From NCBI GenBank assembly GCA_038046765.1, contig JBBSVN010000002.1, positions 32,001 to 96,000 of the forward strand: a DNA stretch of 64,000 bases. The letters are read 5' to 3'. The stretch comes from Candidatus Micrarchaeota archaeon. GTDB taxonomy: Archaea; Micrarchaeota; Micrarchaeia; Anstonellales; Bilamarchaeaceae. The position numbers and the translations under genes were made by a program. Of the stretch, positions 30,957 through 40,295 are shown piece after piece; the first letter of the stretch is position 1, and every line of letters begins with the position of its first letter. The notes under the pieces are model-generated. The model had not been told where the DNA came from. It ran no database searches and saw nothing but the letters and a program-made list of their open reading frames with translations.

Positions 30957-31421
30957 ATGTCAGGTGAGTTTATTAAAAAATGCATAATCTGTCAAAAAGA
31001 TATTGAAAACGAAAATGCGGTAAAGGTAAAAGATGATAAGATAATTACTACTATTCGTGCGATAAAAACAAAATTAAATGCTGTAAAAGGAAATGAACTT
31101 TATGTTTGTGAAAAAGATTTAGAAGTTCACGCAAAAAAAAGAAAAACTTATGAAAAAGATACTTTTATTGCTATGGTAATTGCTGGTCTAGCCTTTTTAT
31201 TTTTACTACTTCTTCCAATTATTCAAGGTAGAATCGACATTCAGTTCATAATCGCATCACTAATCATTTGCCTTGCGATTGTTTTTATGGCAGTTATACT
31301 AAAATATGTTCCAGCTACGCAAGAAACAAAGCTAAAATCTTCGGTACAAGAATCTGTGTCTGTAGATCAATATCGAGTTTCAGATACAAAAAAGAAAAAA
31401 ACTCAACTAAATAAAAAATAA
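30957..31421 (+). CDS. Small 2-TM protein with N-terminal CxxC...C/H motif
   Basis: CIIC, YVCEKDLEVH and two TM helices. Confidence 0.6.
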   Translation: MSGEFIKKCIICQKDIENENAVKVKDDKIITTIRAIKTKLNAVKGNELYVCEKDLEVHAKKRKTYEKDTFIAMVIAGLAFLFLLLLPIIQGRIDIQFIIASLIICLAIVFMAVILKYVPATQETKLKSSVQESVSVDQYRVSDTKKKKTQLNKK

Positions 31422-31455
31422 GTAAAATAATTCAAAATCATGAAATGTGGTATAT

Positions 31456-32211
31456 ATGGCAGTTACAAACCCCGCATCAAAACCAACACCGCAGTTAAAT
31501 AAATCTTCTCCGGGCGTTGATGGATTTAAATTGAAAGCTAGTCTAAAGGGAAAGATGGAAGATATTTCCTCTGCCTTACGTACCGTCTCATTTTTGGAAG
31601 TCGGTGCTGAAAGAGAGGCAGTTAATGCTGCATACATTGAAAGCAGGGACATTAACAAAATGCCATACCTGTTTAGTATATTGAAAATAAAAAATGACGA
31701 ACTGGAGATAGTATATACGATTCCATCGGAAATTTCACCTAAAAAAAGAAGACTTGACATGATTCGGTATTTGCTTAATATTCTTAGTCTTATTGAACCA
31801 TATTATAAAGTAGAAACTACCTCAATCTATCAATTGATTGAAAACGCTGTAAAAGAAATAAGTGAAATAGTTTCACTTGACTACAGTAAACTTTATACTT
31901 CGTATGATACTTTGAAAAAAGAACTTGATGATACAAAGAGGAAACTTGGTAGGTTTACTCAAGAAAATCAGAGCCTTACTAACAGAAATTTTGAACTGAA
32001 AAACAAGAATGATGAAGTGATGCTTCGGTTAAAAGACCTAGAAACATACTCTGATGATATCTTAAAGGCAAAAATAGCGGAGTGGATTGTTGAGCACAAT
32101 GGCGAGATTAATATCTATGAATTTTCCAAAGTTTTCAAAGTGCAAGAAACACGTATTGAACAAATGCTCAATGTACTTATGAATGAAGGATACATTGAAT
32201 CAACTGCATAA
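31456..32211 (+). CDS. Coiled-coil protein with C-terminal winged helix
   Basis: Heptad-rich centre; EINIYEFSKVFKVQETRIEQMLNVLMNEGYI wHTH pattern. Confidence 0.6.
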   Translation: MAVTNPASKPTPQLNKSSPGVDGFKLKASLKGKMEDISSALRTVSFLEVGAEREAVNAAYIESRDINKMPYLFSILKIKNDELEIVYTIPSEISPKKRRLDMIRYLLNILSLIEPYYKVETTSIYQLIENAVKEISEIVSLDYSKLYTSYDTLKKELDDTKRKLGRFTQENQSLTNRNFELKNKNDEVMLRLKDLETYSDDILKAKIAEWIVEHNGEINIYEFSKVFKVQETRIEQMLNVLMNEGYIESTA

Positions 32212-32236
32212 GCTAAATTTATAAGAAGGGCATTTT

Positions 32237-34816
32237 ATGGTCGAACTAAAAAAAATAAAAATTGAAAAAAAATTCTACCATTTCGATGTAAAGAAAAGGT
32301 ATCAGAAGTCAAATAAATACAAGCTAAAGCAAAGGACTGCTCTGGATAATTTTCGGTCTATGCTAAGTGCTCCAAAAACTAAAACGCAGGATACTTCAAA
32401 AAATCTTAAACCTTCGTCTCCACTTAACTTTAAGATTATCGGACTCTTTGTTTTAATTGCATTTTTGGTGGGTTTAGGCCTTACTCTTTATCTTAGTGCC
32501 CAAATTGCACAAATTACCTACGTACAACCTACTATACTTGCACCTGTTGGAAACTTGGATGCCAAGATATTATCTAGTGGTGTAATTACTTCGGGTTCTA
32601 GAATCGAAGACCTTAATTCAGGAGTTGTACTTTTAGATCTTAACTATGTGGGAATAACAAACTACTCTGTAAATTTAACTTTATATAAACAATTACTCCC
32701 TAATCAGATTTTCATATTATCAACTAATAAAATGGAACAAGCAGATGGTTATCCTGTTTTTTTCCAGACACTTAAGGATGAGCTAAATAAGAAAGGCCTC
32801 AGTGTAAGTCAGGTGACTATCGCACAACTTGAGTCCATACCAAAAGGCGCTCTTATAATCGTTCCAACTGGGGTAATACCGCAGGAATTGCTTGGGATAA
32901 ATAGTAAAGCAACAATCACTTCGTTAATTGATAGGGGGGACGTAATTGTATATATTGGTCAACCCTTTAACAAGATGATCGGGGAAAACGGTGTCGTATT
33001 AACCCCTCAAGATATCCAAAATAGTTTTCCAATTCGGTTTGATGAATCGGCCGTGCTAAAAAGTACTTCTGATATTAATCTTTATCCTGCCTATCAGGTA
33101 AAAGATGCAGTTGGTTATAAATCTGATTTAATATATGGTTCAGTTAGCGTAGTTAAAAGTGATTCTGGCGGTGCAATTCTATTTCTTCCATCTACTCTTG
33201 ATGCTGGCTGGGTAGATCAGGAGAAACGAAGCGCTCCTAGTTTAGCTGGTAAGGATGTTGCTAGGGTTATTTATCAGACAAAATGGGTAGATCAGGAGGG
33301 GGATACAAAATCTTATTCTGGCGGGTTTACCAATGAAAGCCAGTTAACAAAAAGTTTCTTTACAAATACTTTCAAGGCAGATCAAAGAAGCGTTAAAATT
33401 GAAATTAATGGGTTTAGCGCAGCCGGTGTTGATACTGTTGATCGTACTCTTATTACTAGTTTGTCTAGTTCAATAGCTGGCGATTTATATCTTGAAATCG
33501 ATGGTGGCGGGTTTACTACTGTTCCAAAAGTAATTGGTGAAGAAAATCTTAGGATTACTGCAAGACTCAAAAATCCTGTATCTATAGAAAAATCACTTTA
33601 TATATCTATAACTAAAGATGGGAAGGAAATTTCGGATAAAATTCCTCTTGGTATAATTAATTTACAATCTGATTTTACTACGAGTATTCCAATTGACTTA
33701 GATTCTGGAGAATACATCTTATCTGTTGTTGATGAAGATGAAACTATTTACTCTCAAAGCATTCTCAAAGTTGTTTTTGTAGATGTTGCGTATTTTGGCC
33801 AAGGAGGTACTAAACATAAATATTATTTTCAGATACAAAAAGACGGTCAAAAAACCGAAATCAATAATGTACTTGTAAGCATACAAGGTGGCAAGTATGG
33901 TATTTATAATTTCTCCAAGGTTTCGGACATTGTTATTGATACTGAAAAAGCTACTAACGGTGAAGAACTTGCCTCCCGCAGTTATGATTTTGCGTTTACC
34001 TTTGGTAAAATTCAGCCAAAAATCGTTAAGGTTTCAAAAGTAAAATCAAAACCAATTTGGGAAGAACAGCCACTGTTTCTTGTTGCTGGTTTAATCTCAC
34101 TTCTTATTGTAGGTATTGGTGTTGTATTTGCAAGAAAAGAACAACCCGTTTATCTATTGGATATTCCTGATTTCCCCCCCATTGCTAAAACTAAAATCCC
34201 AATAAAAACAAACGAAGTCATCGCATTATTTGATTCTGTAAATGATGCGTATAGGTGGAAATGCACTCCCCTTACCCTTGCTGAAATAAAAAATGGATTT
34301 AAGAAAATATTTCATGGAGGAAAGCCAATACTAATAACTGATTATAATACTCAGTTTATTATTGAAGATCTGATCAAGAAAGATCTTGTATCTACATCAC
34401 TTGAATATTATGGTCTTAAATCATGGGAGAGTAAAACAAAAACTCCTATGCAATATATGGCAATATTTAGAAAGTTAAGGGACATTTTTGTTAATAATGC
34501 TATCCCATTTACTCAAATCGGGGAAAGCGAAAATTGCGATACTACTATTAGTATTGTTGGTCAAAATATGTATTTGCATATTTATTACAATGGAGGGGAT
34601 GCTGTTCTGCTGCTTAAAAATATTTTATCTAATATAAAGCTTGGCCTAAATATTGTTGTTTTAAAAGGTGAAGATGAGAAAAATAATTTTCAAAACCTTC
34701 TTTCATCTTCAAATACTGGTGCAATGATAACTAAATTAGAAATCGAAAATGGTACTGTACAACTGATGGGTATCGAAGAATTTGAAAAGATGGTTGTAGA
34801 GTTAAAAACTATCTAG
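32237..34816 (+). CDS. Large 2-TM protein with ~520 aa extracellular loop and cytoplasmic C-terminal domain
   Basis: TM at about aa 66-87 and 612-632; beta-rich loop; last gene of the operon. Confidence 0.65.
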   Translation: MVELKKIKIEKKFYHFDVKKRYQKSNKYKLKQRTALDNFRSMLSAPKTKTQDTSKNLKPSSPLNFKIIGLFVLIAFLVGLGLTLYLSAQIAQITYVQPTILAPVGNLDAKILSSGVITSGSRIEDLNSGVVLLDLNYVGITNYSVNLTLYKQLLPNQIFILSTNKMEQADGYPVFFQTLKDELNKKGLSVSQVTIAQLESIPKGALIIVPTGVIPQELLGINSKATITSLIDRGDVIVYIGQPFNKMIGENGVVLTPQDIQNSFPIRFDESAVLKSTSDINLYPAYQVKDAVGYKSDLIYGSVSVVKSDSGGAILFLPSTLDAGWVDQEKRSAPSLAGKDVARVIYQTKWVDQEGDTKSYSGGFTNESQLTKSFFTNTFKADQRSVKIEINGFSAAGVDTVDRTLITSLSSSIAGDLYLEIDGGGFTTVPKVIGEENLRITARLKNPVSIEKSLYISITKDGKEISDKIPLGIINLQSDFTTSIPIDLDSGEYILSVVDEDETIYSQSILKVVFVDVAYFGQGGTKHKYYFQIQKDGQKTEINNVLVSIQGGKYGIYNFSKVSDIVIDTEKATNGEELASRSYDFAFTFGKIQPKIVKVSKVKSKPIWEEQPLFLVAGLISLLIVGIGVVFARKEQPVYLLDIPDFPPIAKTKIPIKTNEVIALFDSVNDAYRWKCTPLTLAEIKNGFKKIFHGGKPILITDYNTQFIIEDLIKKDLVSTSLEYYGLKSWESKTKTPMQYMAIFRKLRDIFVNNAIPFTQIGESENCDTTISIVGQNMYLHIYYNGGDAVLLLKNILSNIKLGLNIVVLKGEDEKNNFQNLLSSSNTGAMITKLEIENGTVQLMGIEEFEKMVVELKTI

Positions 34817-34817
34817 C

Positions 34818-35008
34818 TTGCAAGATTACCTAAACTTTCGCAAAGCGACTTCCTCAGTAAACCAGAACATACTTTCCCACTAAGCAGAAAGAGGTCATTC
34901 ATATTACATACCTGCAAGGCATCGCACTAAAAGTATCTAATGGCGATGCCAGCAAGTGAATGTTTCTTCAGTACTTAATTTACTTTGGGGACTACTGTTC
35001 CTGCAACT
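34818..35008 (-). ncRNA. Putative structured ncRNA of unknown family, copy B
   Basis: Homologous to 13982-14125; GGCATCGC/GCGATGCC stem; outer TTGCAGGA/TCTTGCAA closing stem. Confidence 0.6.
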
Positions 35009-35125
35009 CGAAGTGCTCAATTTTAATCATTCGTTGTTCACTATCTATCAAAATAAGAAAATAAATATCTGGTTTAAATTAATATCCCGCCTAAAAATAT
35101 AAAAAATAAAAAAAGTTAATTAAAC

Positions 35126-35824
35126 TTATAATTTTATTCCATTTAATTCTTCTAATCGTGTCATTTCCTCTAAGAACTCCAAATCCTTCTCACACTTGTT
35201 GCACTTAAAGCCGCAGTTTGATGCGTGTTCAAAACTTACTAAGCTCTCCAGACCACAACTAGAACAAAAATAGTTTTCACCGTTTAAATCCAAGGTTGCT
35301 CTTTTTTCTTTAAGTTTGGTGTTTAACCATTCCTCAATTTTTTGGCTATTTAAAGTCCAGCTGTATGAAAACCATCCCGTTTCACTGTCTTTTTGTCTTA
35401 AGTAGTTAACCAATCCTTGGCTATGCAACTTGTTTAGTGTTGCCCTTACATCGCTTATTTTCAGTTTTAAATTTTTCGATAATTCTTCATCGCTAGTAGA
35501 TGTTGCGAAGTTCTTTATTATTGCAAGAGTATTTTCTCCTGCTAGATCTATTAAATATTGTCTAGCTACTGCACTTGAAAGTATTGCTCCAAGTCTTTTC
35601 TTTTCCAGTTTTTCCCTCTCTAGTTTTAACTTTTGTTCAAGTTCCGCACTTTCCTTTTCAAGATCTGCTTTCTTTGTAGCTTTTTTAGTTTTAAGGTCCT
35701 CCTTGATCTTTGCCTTTAATTGCTTATTAGCTTGCTTATCTTTAATACTTTTATTTACAACTTTGTTTACAATTTTTACATCTTTCTTTTTTGCAATAGG
35801 TTTTGAAGTTTTCTTTTTTGCCAT
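35126..35824 (-). CDS. tfe: Transcription factor E (TFE alpha) with Lys-rich N-terminal extension
   Basis: SDEELS..DVRATLNKL, KDSETGWFSYSW, FCSSC...FKCNKC. Confidence 0.9.
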   Translation of the reverse strand: MAKKKTSKPIAKKKDVKIVNKVVNKSIKDKQANKQLKAKIKEDLKTKKATKKADLEKESAELEQKLKLEREKLEKKRLGAILSSAVARQYLIDLAGENTLAIIKNFATSTSDEELSKNLKLKISDVRATLNKLHSQGLVNYLRQKDSETGWFSYSWTLNSQKIEEWLNTKLKEKRATLDLNGENYFCSSCGLESLVSFEHASNCGFKCNKCEKDLEFLEEMTRLEELNGIKL

Positions 35825-37086
35825 GTTATCACCCTGTTTAAGGATATTAATTCCTCAATTGTTATATTTAAAACTTTCGGAAACAACCGCAAATCACTAT
35901 TTTTGACAATTTCTTTGTTTTTCAACATTTTACCATAAATAAACATCAATTTTGTGTATGTATTCTCTATCGAGAATTCATTCGATTTTAGTATATTGTT
36001 TTTCCTTATATTTGCGCATAATTGCGGATCCAATAATAATTTGTCTATTGCTATTGCAAAATGTTTAGGGTCTCCCTTTTCAACAAGAAACCCATTTGAA
36101 AAATCTTTTACATAATCAATTACTCCTCCACTTCGAACTCCTACAACTGGGAGTCCGGCAGTCATTGCTTCTAAAAATGTTAAGCCGCTTGTTTCAGTAT
36201 CTGAAGGTGATGCAAAAATTTCCGTATTATAATATATGCTTCTTAACATTTCGTCTGTTACAAAACCCGTAAATATTATGTTTCTTATTTCAAGTTTTTT
36301 TGCAAGTTCTTTATATTTTTCTATATATGGTCCGTCCCCTGCGATTATTAGCAGTAAATTTATATATTTCCTTTCAAGTATCTTATAAGCTTTAAGTAAA
36401 ATTTCAAGTTTTTTTTCAAAGCTTATTCTACCAATGTATGAAATTATTCTGACATTTTTTTGTATGTTATATTTTTCAAATAATATTCCATCGAATTTTT
36501 GTAAATATTCTCTCCTGAATTTTTGATGATTTATTCCGTTTGGCAAATACACGACATTTTTAAGCCCGTATTTTTTTAAGATATGTAAAAATTCTCTTGA
36601 TGGCGAGGTCACAACATCAAAATTTGAATATATTCTTCTTATAAGTTCAGTTGTTGTCTTTTTGTAAACTGGTTCAAATACTGTAAGTTTACCCTTTGTT
36701 AAATGTGGAAAATAATCTGGAAGATGCGTATGGTATGTTGCGATTGTCGGAATTCTTAAAAGTTTGGCTGCTGCTAAACCCTGTATTCCAAGATTTACTG
36801 GGATATGCAAATATGCAATATCGACTTTTTCCCTTTCCATTATTTTGTAAATATCAAGAAAAGAAAGTTTTGCCATGCTATATCCCTTATAAAAAGGGAA
36901 TGGTCTTCCCGGTACATGGATAACTTTAAAATTAGGGGATTTTGGGTCAATTGTTAGCTTTTTCTCTCCTGGAGTAAATAGAATTACCTGATGCTCTTTA
37001 GTTAATAAAGGAATTAGGGTGGATAAAAAAACAACCACTCCATTTTTTTGTGGTTCGTATGTTTCAGTAAACAAGGCAATCTTCAT
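35776..37086 (-). CDS. GT4 glycosyltransferase
   Basis: MKIALFTETYEPQKNGV, TYHTH, GRISFEK, ETSGLTFLEAM; overlaps the tfe start. Confidence 0.92.
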   Translation of the reverse strand: MKIALFTETYEPQKNGVVVFLSTLIPLLTKEHQVILFTPGEKKLTIDPKSPNFKVIHVPGRPFPFYKGYSMAKLSFLDIYKIMEREKVDIAYLHIPVNLGIQGLAAAKLLRIPTIATYHTHLPDYFPHLTKGKLTVFEPVYKKTTTELIRRIYSNFDVVTSPSREFLHILKKYGLKNVVYLPNGINHQKFRREYLQKFDGILFEKYNIQKNVRIISYIGRISFEKKLEILLKAYKILERKYINLLLIIAGDGPYIEKYKELAKKLEIRNIIFTGFVTDEMLRSIYYNTEIFASPSDTETSGLTFLEAMTAGLPVVGVRSGGVIDYVKDFSNGFLVEKGDPKHFAIAIDKLLLDPQLCANIRKNNILKSNEFSIENTYTKLMFIYGKMLKNKEIVKNSDLRLFPKVLNITIEELISLNRVITWQKRKLQNLLQKRKM

Positions 37087-37106
37087 ATAAATCAGCTATT
37101 CGCCGT

Positions 37107-37165
37107 TGGCAGGTAGCATGTAGCAAAAATTACTATATGGCTACAAGCTAATGGCTACTTGCTAA
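37107..37165. repeat. Inverted pair of TAGCnnn heptamer arrays
   Basis: TRGC at 37107/37114/37121; GCTA at 37140/37147/37154/37161. Confidence 0.75.
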
Positions 37166-38257
37166 TTACTTAGATATATTTAAACAGTATGTTTGCTTTG
37201 TTACATTGTTAATTTGGTTGCAGAAAGTCTGATTTTTGTTCTTTCCAGCCATTTCAGTATAACAATCGTCCTTAAATTCAGACGAACCGACACTTTGGCA
37301 TATTCCTGTGTTATTTTGCGATATTGCAAAGTTTATGTAACAGATATCTGATTTAGCTCCTGCTGCATTGCATAACTCTTTATATCCTAAGTCAAAGGAC
37401 ATTGAAAATACGCACGAATCTTTTTCCAAAGATGTCGGCTTAGCATAACAATTTCCGAGTTGTTGTTTTAGTATTATCTCTTGTGCAACTAAATCACTTA
37501 TAGTTATATTTTCAGTTATGTTTGGTCGATCTAAAAGTGTCTTTGCCTTATCTTTATCCGATTGTTCTATTAAATAAAATTCGTTGGTTCTGTTGCTCCC
37601 CAAATAATCATAGTCGAATTTTTTGTATAATGTTACTCCTTCATCTGTTATGCATACACTTGATCTGAAAAATTTAGGGCTGCTTGGTCCAATTCCGAAT
37701 TTTGGTGCATCACTTAATGAAAGTACGGAATAATTGAGTGTGTAGTCTATAAAGTTGCACGTTCTTCCCTCAATAGTTTTATTTACTGCCTGTCCTATGA
37801 ATTGTATTACGCTTTTGTTATAAATCAAAGTTTTCAAATTTTCTATTGTTTTTTCTGTACTCTTATCATCAAAAATAAGGCTACTTAATGTTTTTACATA
37901 ATTTGCATTCTCATCAACTTCACCGCACGATTCATTGTCATCTAGAAGTTTTACGCACATTATTGTCTGGTTGTCAAAAAGATATAATTTCTTTTCGCTT
38001 ATGACTGATTTAATTTCTACATACTCCCCATTGGGGTACTTTGCAATTATGTCCGTATTATTATAACTATTTATTTTTTCATTATAATTATAGTAATATG
38101 TTGTTTTTCCCTTTGCAATCTGGAAACTTTTTATATAAAGCTCCTTAATTTGCTTTTGAGTATCTGTTTTTTGCGCATTTTGCTGCACAGAATATACTAT
38201 AAAACCTCCAAGTAAAATAATTACGACTAACATTACTACAAAATTTGTTTTTGACAT
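37166..38257 (-). CDS. Membrane-anchored exported protein with Cys-rich C-terminal repeats
   Basis: N-terminal TM; repeated KD.C...A.....C motif. Confidence 0.65.
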   Translation of the reverse strand: MSKTNFVVMLVVIILLGGFIVYSVQQNAQKTDTQKQIKELYIKSFQIAKGKTTYYYNYNEKINSYNNTDIIAKYPNGEYVEIKSVISEKKLYLFDNQTIMCVKLLDDNESCGEVDENANYVKTLSSLIFDDKSTEKTIENLKTLIYNKSVIQFIGQAVNKTIEGRTCNFIDYTLNYSVLSLSDAPKFGIGPSSPKFFRSSVCITDEGVTLYKKFDYDYLGSNRTNEFYLIEQSDKDKAKTLLDRPNITENITISDLVAQEIILKQQLGNCYAKPTSLEKDSCVFSMSFDLGYKELCNAAGAKSDICYINFAISQNNTGICQSVGSSEFKDDCYTEMAGKNKNQTFCNQINNVTKQTYCLNISK

Positions 38258-38430
38258 AAGAATACCTCTAATGATCTTATTAATAAGTTTTCCTACGTAG
38301 TATTAAAAAGCATATCCTTATTTTTATAATTCTTATTCTAAAACATAATAATAAATTACTTAGCTGTGTTATGTGCTCTAAAATTAAATGTGTTTTAAAC
38401 ACTAAACAAAAAATTTTGTGGTGAGGAGAA

Positions 38431-38877
38431 ATGGGATTTCTTGATTTTTTAAATAAAAAAAATGAAAGTGCAAGTGAAGACATTGAACTGCAGGAAGCTA
38501 ATGCCAGAAGTGAAACTAGGATCAAAATGAATATTAGTTTTTCTCCACTACGGCTTAGTGCAGGTAAGGAAAGTAAGATAAAAATGATTGTCAAGATAAA
38601 AAATGAATCGAATACACCTATGTTGATCTCAGTAGATGCACTTTTATCCAAAAAAGACCTGATTGGCTTTGACTCTGCATGCGTTAGCAAACACAGTGAA
38701 AAGAAAATCGGCGAAATAAAAGCAGGAGAAACAAAAGAAGCTGTTTTCGATATCTGTTCATCAAATCAGACGAAACAGGGTAATTACAACGTAGGGGTTA
38801 ACGTATATTCGCACTACCTTGATTACGATAAGGTCATTAACTATGTAAAAAGAGTAATTAGCCTAAGGGCCGCTTAA
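38431..38877 (+). CDS. Hypothetical Ig-like beta-sandwich protein
   Basis: Beta-strand pattern IKAGETKE...GNYNVGV; GAGGAG SD. Confidence 0.55.
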   Translation: MGFLDFLNKKNESASEDIELQEANARSETRIKMNISFSPLRLSAGKESKIKMIVKIKNESNTPMLISVDALLSKKDLIGFDSACVSKHSEKKIGEIKAGETKEAVFDICSSNQTKQGNYNVGVNVYSHYLDYDKVINYVKRVISLRAA

Positions 38878-38895
38878 TTTTTTATTTTCATTTTT

Positions 38896-39156
38896 TTATT
38901 CAATTAATTTTTTTCGAATATCCTCTATCAAACTTGCTAAGTACTTTCCTTTTTCAGTAAGCTTGATTATTCTTTTCTTACCTATTATTTCTGTTGTAAC
39001 TATCCCATCTTTTTCAAGTTTGGGTATAAAATTAGCTATAAACACATAAGTTACGTTTGCTGATTTTGCGAGTTTTGAGAGATACCAATCAATGTTCTGA
39101 TCACGTAGCGTTACAAGTACTCTACACGGTTTTTCCCTTAAAAAAGAGTCAATCAT
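38896..39156 (-). CDS. Winged-helix transcriptional regulator (MarR-like)
   Basis: SKLAKSANVTY..LEKDGIV..IKLTEKG. Confidence 0.8.
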   Translation of the reverse strand: MIDSFLREKPCRVLVTLRDQNIDWYLSKLAKSANVTYVFIANFIPKLEKDGIVTTEIIGKKRIIKLTEKGKYLASLIEDIRKKLIE

Positions 39157-39225
39157 AAATTAGATAATCCGAATCAGTATTTAAACTTTTATAATAAGTC
39201 TGTTAATTCGTGTGTTAGAATAATT

Positions 39226-39526
39226 CGCCTCCACCGCGATTTTCAAGTCTTGACGTTTTGCGTCTTGCGTTTCGTTCTAAGAATTATCGCAAGGCTTCCC
39301 GATTGAAAGAAGAATTTCTTTCAATGGGCGCAATGAACGTTGCGATGTTCATTCGCGTTGACCAAGACCTTTACCTTTGCCGCAAGAAATTGCTCTGTCA
39401 AAAGTAATGGTTTTGAACACGGATTATAAGATTTCTGCTAATTTATATTAGCCGCAGTCTTACGTCCTTTTGGCTCTAGATACCAAATCATTTGGCATCT
39501 ATAAATCCAGGTTAGACTATGGAGGC
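39226..39526 (-). tRNA. tRNA-Arg(GCG) with three BHB-type introns (D-loop ~39469-39503, 37/38 39433-39451, 59/60 39240-39411)
   Basis: Acceptor GCCTCCA/TGGAGGC+G; D stem GTCT/GGAC; anticodon stem TAAGA/TCTTA with GCG at 39453-39455; T stem CCGTG/CGCGG; spliced length 75 nt. Confidence 0.93.
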
Positions 39527-39839
39527 ATTAAATTATTTTCCATTCTATTTTATATTTAGTCAATATAATTAAAAACTAATCCTTACAAATGACTATTAAC
39601 GGATTAATCTATAATTGATCATAATTGCCATTTAACACACATCATACCATACCTTTAAATACTTATATATCAAATATTCTTATACGTTCTTTTAGTAAAT
39701 TACACGCTTAAATAAATCAACCCTTTTACGAGGGTTAATTGTGATTTTTATTTGAACAGGCTTATTGCTCTATCCTTAAAGTAAGATGCTTAGGGAATTA
39801 ACGTGGGCTTAAGATCTTTACTAAATCTAAGGTGAATCA

Positions 39840-39992
39840 ATGAAAAAATGTTTATCTTGCGGCAGAAATTGCAAAGAATTTGCATCATTTATGTGTCCAA
39901 GTTGTTTAAATACAGAAGTAGTTAGATGTTACTCATGTAGGGAAGTAAGAAATGCTTACACTTGCGGTGGATGTGGATTCGTAGGTCCATAA
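39840..39992 (+). CDS. Small double zinc-finger protein (HVO_2753/DUF1610 type), not in the ORF track
   Basis: MKKCLSCG..FMCPSC..RCYSCR..YTCGGCGFVGP; usual position before ef1b. Confidence 0.9.
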   Translation: MKKCLSCGRNCKEFASFMCPSCLNTEVVRCYSCREVRNAYTCGGCGFVGP

Positions 39993-40003
39993 AAGGTGAT
40001 TTT

Positions 40004-40261
40004 ATTTCATACGATGTCGCAGTTGATTTGAAAATATACCTAGAAGATGTTACTAAAATTAACGAAGTAAAAATAGAAGTAGAGAAAATAGGAAAAGTCC
40101 AGAATATGCGAGAAGAGGAACTAGGATTTGGTATTAAGACACTTAAATTAACTATTTTACTTAATGATTCTGAAGGCGGCATGGATGCTGCTGAAGAAAA
40201 AATTAAAAATATAAAATATGTTAGCGAACTTGAAGTCGAAAATATTACTCGAATTTCCTGA
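40004..40261 (+). CDS. ef1b: Elongation factor 1-beta, probable ATT start
   Basis: EEELGFGIKTL; no suitable ATG; AGGTGA SD precedes an in-frame ATT. Confidence 0.88.
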   Translation: MSYDVAVDLKIYLEDVTKINEVKIEVEKIGKVQNMREEELGFGIKTLKLTILLNDSEGGMDAAEEKIKNIKYVSELEVENITRIS

Positions 40262-40295
40262 TTATTTACTATATTATAAGTCAATTGGTGATTAT

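Noticed and set aside
34818..35008. RNase P RNA, or a fluoride/TPP riboswitch
   Set aside because: A GAGGAAGTC-like word is present, but there is no matching 3' conserved region or P4 pairing, and the riboswitch consensus motifs are absent.
39962..40295. Track starts for ef1b (39962) and rps13 (40218)
   Set aside because: They overlap upstream genes and ignore well-placed SD motifs; the downstream non-AUG starts fit better.
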